Notes under the pieces: generated by a model
Database searches by the model: none
What the model was told of the DNA's origin: nothing
The model's input: only the letters and a program-made list of their open reading frames with translations
Made by a program: the position numbers and the translations under genes
Part shown: positions 24,713 through 32,000 of the stretch, piece by piece
Layout of the letters: every line of letters starts with the position of its first letter
How positions within the stretch are numbered: the stretch's first letter is position 1
Sequence record: LT986467.1
Length of the DNA: 32,000 bases
Reading direction: 5' to 3' (one strand)

Positions 24713-24745
24713 CTCCTTCGGGGTCCCCCGCCGGGGCGGGGGACT
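24713..24745. repeat. GC cluster CTCCTTCGGGGTCCCCCGCCGGGGCGGGGGAC next to the trnE 3' end
   Basis: It is the same cluster type as 12249-12283. It lies 16 nt downstream of trnE. Confidence 0.85.
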
Positions 24746-24760
24746 TTTTATAAATATTTA

Positions 24761-24832
24761 TTATTATGAATAACCTTAATCGGAATCGAACCGATATTAT
24801 CAACATGAAGAGGTGATGTCGTAACCATTAGA
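24761..24832 (-). tRNA. trnE: tRNA-Glu (anticodon UUC)
   Basis: The minus strand reads GACCTTATCGTCTAATGGTTACGACATCACCTCTTCATGTTGATAATATCGGTTCGATTCCGATTAAGGTTA. The acceptor is GACCTTA/TAAGGTT and the T arm is ATCGG/TTCGATT/CCGAT. The anticodon loop TCTTCAT has TTC at 24799-24797. Its position upstream of COB matches S. cerevisiae. The anticodon stem has one C-U mismatch, and loop position 33 reads C. Confidence 0.85.
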
Positions 24833-25198
24833 CGATAAGGTCTATATTTATTAATAATATATATATATATAATTATTATTATTAAAATTATTAAATTATT
24901 AAATTATTATTATTATTATTTTTATTATAATTATTATTTATTAACCTTATTAATAAATTATAATAAAATTTATATTAAAGTAATAACTATTTAAATACTT
25001 TTTTATATATATATATATATACATATATATATTAATTTTATTAATTAATTAATTAATTAATTAATATATTTAAAATTTATATTTATAATCATTATAATTT
25101 ATATATTTATATTATTATTATTAATATATAAATTGAATTATAATTATTTTTATCTTATTATTTTTTATTAATAAAATATAATATTATTTTTTATATAT

Positions 25199-25207
25199 TA
25201 CTTATAT
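25199..25207 (-). promoter_or_regulatory. Nonanucleotide promoter ATATAAGTA upstream of trnE-COB
   Basis: Plus strand tacttatat lies about 370 nt upstream of trnE. Confidence 0.65.
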
Positions 25208-25267
25208 AATATTTCTTAATAATATTAAGACCATATATATAAATAAGTTATTATATATAATTATATA

Positions 25268-25276
25268 TACTTATAA
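25268..25276 (-). promoter_or_regulatory. Second candidate promoter TTATAAGTA upstream of trnE-COB
   Basis: Plus strand tacttataa lies 69 nt upstream of the first candidate. Confidence 0.5.
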
Positions 25277-25539
25277 TAAATTTTTATATACCTTTTTTAT
25301 CTTTTTAGAATTATTTAGTCCTTACCCTCAACCAGGTCCCCCCATAAGGAGTGAATATCTATATAGAATAACCAAAGGGAATTACAATTAATTATAATCC
25401 TGATAAGAGTATTATTATTCTTAATTTATTTTTATTAATATAAAAAAAAAAGAAGATATATATTCTATCGATAATTCCTTTAATCCGACTTCTGAAACTT
25501 ATATATTATATTAAATTATATATTAATATATATGAATAA

Positions 25540-25612
25540 CGAGGGGTTTGGTCACCCCTCCCTCACGGGAGGAATTAGGGGGTCCCTCACTCCTTCAGAA
25601 TCCACCCCTCCT
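25540..25612. repeat. GC cluster (AACGAGGGG...GGGGGTCCCTCAC type)
   Basis: The sequence is acgaggggtttggtcacccctccctcacgggaggaattagggggtccctcactccttcagaatccacccctcc. Confidence 0.85.
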
Positions 25613-25704
25613 ATAGATTATTTTTTTTATTATTATGAATTATATTTTTAATATTATATTAATAAATTATCTTTTATTATATATTATATATTATTTTTTT
25701 ATTA

Positions 25705-25739
<35 letters not shown>

Positions 25740-26280
25740 AATTTTTATTTATTATATTTATATATTTATATTTAAATTTATATTTATATAATAGGTTAGA
25801 TATTTCTATTATTATTTATTTATAATAATAATTATTTATAATAATAATTATTTATAATAATAATTATTTATATATCTTAGATATCTATTATTATAAATTA
25901 TTATAATATTAATTAAATTTATGATATATTTAATATGTTTTAATACATTTTTATATTATTTATATATTTTTTTTATATTATTTATATGATTTATTTATTT
26001 TTATTAATATTAATAAATAAAAATCTATATATATTATAATTAAATAAATATTAATAAAAAGTAAATTTAATATATTAATTATTAAAAGTATAAATTATAT
26101 ATTAATTTATAATATATATATATATATTACAAATAAAAAGTATTATAATAAATTAGATATCAATATAAATATTAAAATATTAAACTCTTCATTAATCATA
26201 ATATTATTATTTTTATATTTATTATTATAGATATTTTTATTTATTCTATATAAAAATTCAATTAATTAATTAATTAATTA

Positions 26281-26333
26281 GAACGAGGAATTCAATCCCC
26301 CCTCCCCATGGTGGATGGGAGGGGGTCCCTCAC
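26281..26333. repeat. GC cluster (same family, diverged)
   Basis: The sequence is gaacgaggaattcaatcccccctccccatggtggatgggagggggtccctcac. Confidence 0.8.
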
Positions 26334-27816
26334 TTTATTAATAATTATATATATAATAGGATTAAACATTGTCAATGAATAATGAATAATATTTGATCTA
26401 TATTATATTATATTATATTATATAATATAATTAATTGAAGATAATATTATTATTATCCATCTATTAAAATAAATAAATAAATAAATAAATTAATTATATA
26501 TTATAAACTTTATTAAATATATAATAATTATTTTTTAATTTAAGATTATAATTAATCTCTATTTTTTTTTATTATACTATTAATTATAATATAGTATTTA
26601 TATATAATTATTATTATAAATATTCATTAATAATGTAATTATATTAATATATTCAAAATTATAATATAATATATTATTATTATTATTATTATATAAAATA
26701 TTATTATTTATATTTATATATATATAATTTTTATTATTTTTATTATAAATAAATTATAATTATTAATGATATATAAATATCTATTTATTTATTATTATAA
26801 ATATTAATTTTATATTATTTATTAAAATACTTTATATATTTTTTTATATATATATATTTATTTTTTTATATATATATAATATTTATACATTTTATATATT
26901 ATTATTATTAATAAATATTAATATTTCTTTAAATTATATTATATTATATTATATTATAATATATATATATAATTTATTATTATATTATAATATATAAATT
27001 AATTAAAATAATAAGTTATTATATTAATTATAAAAAGGTATAAATTATATAAAAATTATTCTTAAATTAATAAATATTTTATAATTAAATTTGAATTATA
27101 ATTTATATTTATAAAGAGGTAAGTATATTTATTAATAATTATATACAATAGGGTAAATATTGACCGTGAACAACGGGTAATGTTTATCCGTATTACATTA
27201 TATATAATTATACACCTAACAAATATTATTTATATTAATATATTAAAATATTATTAATCTATATATAAAAGTATATTTTATATCCTATCCTTATTAATTA
27301 TTATATGATTAATAATATAATATAATATAACACAATTGATAATGTTGACGTCATAATTATAAATGTAAATGTAATTGTAAGGATTATATAATTAATATAT
27401 ATTAAAATAATTCATATTATTTATAATATTATTTATAAAGAAATTATAATCATTATTAATTAATTAATTAATTAATTAATAAATATTTATTATTTTTATT
27501 TATTTATTATTTATTAATAATATATTATACTAATAATTATTTATATATATATTTTATTCTTTAAATATTTATAATATAATCAATACGATTATATACTAAA
27601 TTGACATGGGGTTAATATTTATATTAATATATATATTTTTATTTATATTTATATTATATTTATATATATATTTTTTATTTATATATATATATACTTTTTT
27701 ATTATAATTATATATATTTTTTATTTATATTTATATATATATATTAATTATTTATATTTATATATATATTAATTATTTATATTTATATATATATTAATTA
27801 TTTATATTTTTATATG

Positions 27817-28041
27817 AGGGGGGTCCCAATTCAATTATTATTTTTAATAATAATTTATTTAAGGGACCCGGATATCTACTTGTTCTTATTTAATTATTTT
27901 ATATATTTAGTTTCGGGGCCCGGTTACGGGAACCGAAACCCCGATAGGAGTTTTATTTAAAATTTATATTTATATTATTCAATTTTTATCATTTTATTTA
28001 TATATACACTCCTTCGGGGTCCCCATCGGGGTGGGGACTTT
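27817..28041 (-). other. Decayed ori-like element: A/B palindrome plus two inserted GC clusters; no C cluster or promoter
   Basis: A/B reads gaggggggtcccaattcaattatt...aagggacccggatatctacttgtt (27817-27885). GC clusters lie at 27912-27951 and 28009-28041. Confidence 0.75.
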
Positions 28042-29893
28042 TATTTATATTATTAATTATATTATATTATTATAATATATTTAATTGATTATATTATTAA
28101 ATATTATATTATATATGTTTAATATTTATTAAAGATTATTATAATATATTTCCTTCTTTATAAATTATAATTTATTATTTATATAATTATAAAATTATCT
28201 TATTTAAAAATATATTAAATATATATATCTTTTTATATATAATTATATATATTACTTTATATAAAATTTATAATAAACCCTTCTCGGGGTTCCGATTCCC
28301 GTAAACGAACCCCAATTGGAACTTAATTAATAAAATATTAAATATAATATTATTTATTTAAACTATTAATATTTTATTTTTATATATATTTATAAAATAA
28401 TTATTATACCTCATGATATTAATATTAATATTAATATTAATATTAACATTAACATTAACATTATATAGTAGATAATACAATAAAAATTGAATTAATAAGG
28501 CTTTAATAATAAGAGATAAAAAAAAAATAAAAAAAAATATAAATGAGATATTATTAAATAATAATAATAATAATATTCATATTTTTATAAAATAAATATA
28601 TTAATAAATAATAAATCTTTAATTATAATTTTATAAAAAGAAATTAAAATTGTATAAAGTAATATTAATTACAATAATTATAATATTAATAAAATGATAT
28701 TTATAAAATGTTAATTTAAGAAGAAGTAATATTTACTTTTATTAATAATTATATACAATAGGATAAAACATTGCCAGTGAACAACGGGTAATGTTTTATC
28801 CGTATTACATTATATTATATTATTAATTGAAAATAATATTATTACTATTTTTACTTTATTATAAATTAATAAATATTATAAACTTTATTAAATATATAAT
28901 AATTATTATTACACTTTTTAATTATAATCTCTATTTTAATTATGATACTCTTTAATTATATTATATTATATTATATTATATTATAATATGTAATTTATAT
29001 ATATTTTTATAATAATTGATTGATATTTATTAATAATGAAGTTATATTAATATATTATTATTATTATATAAAATATTATTATTTATTATTATTATTTTTT
29101 TTTCCTCTTTATTATTAATTATAATTATATAATTATATTATATTATATTATATTATATATTATTATATATTATATTTAATATTTATTATTTATACTTTTT
29201 ATATGTTATTTTTATTATTTATAAAATTAATATTAATAGGATTTTTATATTTATTTATTTATTATTATAAATATGAATTTTTTATTTATTTATTTATTAA
29301 AATACTTTCAATATTTTTAATATATTTATTTTATTTTATATATAATATATTATTTATATATATTATATATTATTATTATTATTAATATAATTTTTATAAT
29401 AAATTAATATATTAAACTATATATAATATATATATATATATGATTTTTATTATTAAATATATAAAGTAGTTAAAATAATGAATTATTACATTAATCATAA
29501 AAGTATAAATTATATTAAAATTATTATTAAATTAATATAATAAATTATTATAATTTATTATTTATAAATAAATATATTTATTAATAATTATAAAAAAAAT
29601 AAAATAGAATAAACATTACTTGTATTACATAATATATAATTATATATCTAATGAATATTATTTATTATTTATTATAAACATTTAATATTTAGATAAATAA
29701 AGTTATTATAAATTAATAAATAAAAAGTATATATAAAAATTTTTTTTATTATAAAATTCTTTATTATAAATTTATATTATATAAAATATTAATTATTGAT
29801 TAATTAATATTTATTATTTTATTTATTATTTATTAATAATATATAAATTATTATTAATATATATATATTTTATTCTTTATATTTTATATTATA

Positions 29894-30183
29894 GGTGGGG
29901 TCCCAATTATTATTTTTAATAATAATTTATTAAGGGACCCGGATATCTTCTTGTTTTTATTTAATTATTTTATATATTTAATTTTATTTATGATTTATAT
30001 TTTATTTTATATAATTTATTATATTGTTTATACATTATTTATATTATATAATAAATTAATTTATAATTATTATATATTGATTATATTATAAAATTTATCT
30101 TATGTATGCTTTATATATATTTAATAGTTAAGTTTCTAATCACCCACCCCCTCCCCCTATAAAATTTAATTTATTACTTATAT
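29894..30183 (-). other. Complete ori/rep element with clusters A, B, C and an intact promoter
   Basis: Cluster A is ggtggggtccc (29894-29904) and cluster B is gggacccgg (29934-29942). Cluster C is cacccaccccctccccc (30141-30157). tacttatat (30175-30183) is ATATAAGTA on the minus strand. Confidence 0.85.
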
Positions 30184-31227
30184 ATTAGCAAAAATAATAA
30201 ATATAAAAAATATCTAAATATCTCTTTTTAATAATATATATATATATATATTATATATATTAAAAAAAAATAAATACAAATATATATATATTACTTTATA
30301 TAAATTTATTATTAAATTATAATAAAAAATATTCATCTTCATTATAATTATTATAAATACTATTAAAGTATAAATATTATTTTTTTATATTTTTATTATT
30401 AATATTATATCTTTAATAATATTTTATTAATGAAATTATTATATAAATAATTTATAATTATAATTATATATAATATTATAAATATATTAAATAATAATAA
30501 TATATATTCATAATTTATAAAAATTATATTTTTATATATAAAATTATGATTAATATAATATAATTTAATTTCAATAAATAACATAATAGTATTCTATTAA
30601 TTACATTATATTGTATTACATTATAAAGATTAATTAATAATAATAATTAATAACTTTCATAGTTAAATTAATTGGAATAAATATTTTTTCTAATGAACAA
30701 TGAGATTTAATTGTATCCTAATTATAATTATAATTATGGAAAGGAATTAATAAATAGTTACAATTGAGGTATCGATATAGTAATCGAAAACCCAAAAAGA
30801 AGTAAATTAATATTTTATTAATTTATGATTTATCATTAATAATATACAATTATATTTTTCTATTATATTATATTATATTTTATTTTTTTTTTATTATTAT
30901 TTATAATAAATATTATTTATAATAATATTAATTATGTATTTTATATTAAATATTATATAAATATATTTTAATAATATATATATTCTATTATATTATATTA
31001 TATTATATTATAACATTAATAATAACTAATAATTTTATTATATATAATTTATATATAATATATAATAAAATAAATAAAGATTTAATAATAATATAAAATA
31101 AGTAACATTAATAATATATTATATTATTATTATATAATATAAATAAAAAGGTATAATAATAATTATTAAATATATAAAAAAATTATAATAATAATAATAT
31201 CAATAAATAGATATTTATATGAAATAA

Positions 31228-31239
31228 AAGAATATTATT
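31228..31239 (-). promoter_or_regulatory. 3' processing dodecamer of ATP6 mRNA
   Basis: Exact aagaatattatt lies 84 nt downstream of the ATP6 stop. Confidence 0.8.
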
Positions 31240-31322
31240 AAAAATAGGGGGTATATTGTATTTATTATAAGTTTAATACTTTAATATATAAATCCTTTTA
31301 TTTATAATTTTTATTTTATAAT

Positions 31323-32000
31323 TTAATGTAAGTATACTGCATCTTTTAAATATGATGCTGTTAAGATAAGTCAAACATAAGCTTGGATAATACCAATAGC
31401 GAATTCTAAAATCATAATAGCTAAGATCATAGCTAAAGGTACAAAACCGAATACTAAAGTAAATAAATTAATTAACATAAAATTAAATAGTAAACCACCT
31501 AAAATAACCATTAATAAATGACCAGCTAAGATATTAGAACCTAATCTTAAACCTAATGAAATAGATCTAGCGAAATAAGATAAAGTTTCAATAATAACTA
31601 ATAAAGTACTAATGGTAATGGTGTACCAGCAGGTACGAATAATGAGAAGAATACTCAACCATGTTTATATAAACCTAAAATAGTATTACCTAATCAAATA
31701 ATAATACTTAAAGAGATAATAAATACTAAATGAGCTGATAATGCAAATGAATATGGGATCATACTAATTAAATTAGCAATAAAAATAAACATAAATAATG
31801 TAAAAGATCATAGGGAAATATAAACCTCAATTTTTACCTCCAATTTGTCCTTTAAGCATATTTATAATAGTATCATAAATAGCTTCTTGTGAAATTAATC
31901 ATCTTGAACCAATAATTTTATTATTATTATTAGTTAATAGATATAAACTTATAATAACTAATAATACAATAATAGTATATAATGAAAATGTTGTTAAATT
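31323..32000 (-). CDS. ATP6: F0 ATP synthase subunit 6 (a), 3' 678 nt; the 5' end lies outside the window; the reading frame is interrupted twice
   Basis: Frame A (32000-31803) reads NLTTFSLYTIIVLLVIMSLYTLTNNNNKIIGSRWLISQEAIYDTIMNMTKGQIGGKNWGLYFPMIF. Frame B (31801-31607) reads TLFMFIFIANLISMIPYSFALSAHLVFIISLSIIIWLGNTILGLYKHGWVFFSLFVPAGTPLPLV. Frame A again (31605-31323) reads TLLVIIETLSYFARSISLGLRLGSNILAGHLLMVILGG...EFAIGIIQAYVWTILTASYLKDAVYLH*. All three pieces are recognisable Atp6 sequence. Confidence 0.9.

Noticed and set aside
24795-24801. A C at position 33 of the tRNA-Glu anticodon loop instead of the near-universal U
   Set aside because: This depends on my hand-drawn fold, whose stem also has a C-U mismatch. 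I cannot compare it with the reference sequence here, so I do not claim it as an anomaly.
29203-29385. A 60-aa plus-strand ORF from the track
   Set aside because: It is pure A+T low-complexity sequence inside the duplicated spacer block. It is an artefact.
30200-31320. I searched for a free-standing LAGLIDADG endonuclease ORF (ENS2/RF3-like) downstream of ATP6
   Set aside because: I could not follow any extended open frame or find a LAGLIDADG-like motif by eye, even allowing TGA=Trp. The region looks like spacer. A code-3 six-frame translation should confirm this.

Overview
This window is yeast mitochondrial DNA of the Saccharomyces type. It is about 85% A+T, with short GC clusters scattered through A+T spacers. 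It uses genetic code 3 (TGA=Trp, ATA=Met, CTN=Thr). All genes but one lie on the minus strand. In transcription order (high to low coordinates) they are: ATP6 (3' part; the start lies beyond 32000), two ori/rep elements, trnE, COB with five introns, an ori element, ATP9, trnS(UGA), VAR1, trnF, trnT(UAG) on the plus strand, trnV, COX3, a cluster of ori-like elements, trnfM and the RNase P RNA (RPM1). The COB introns are one ORF-less group II intron, three group I introns with LAGLIDADG maturase ORFs, and one ORF-less group I intron. Nonanucleotide promoters (A/T)TATAAGTA and the 3' processing dodecamer AATAATATTCTT sit where expected around these genes. I see no bacterial-style or otherwise new multi-gene system; the coding content is the classical yeast mitochondrial set. 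The points worth a second look are these. (1) ATP6 reads correctly only if the frame shifts twice: one extra T, then one missing C about 197 nt later. (2) A 2-nt deletion puts the canonical COB start codon out of frame with the rest of the gene. (3) VAR1 is joined directly to trnF-trnT-trnV-COX3, which is not the S288C gene order. (4) There are seven ori-like elements, four of them in the COX3-trnfM spacer, in different states of decay. (5) A dispersed repeat family is built around the core GGTG(TATAT)GAACAACGG. (6) GC clusters are inserted in intron bI4, in ori promoters and in the COB leader. All coordinates were worked out by hand from the sequence. Comparisons with S. cerevisiae rely on my memory of the reference and need checking by alignment.
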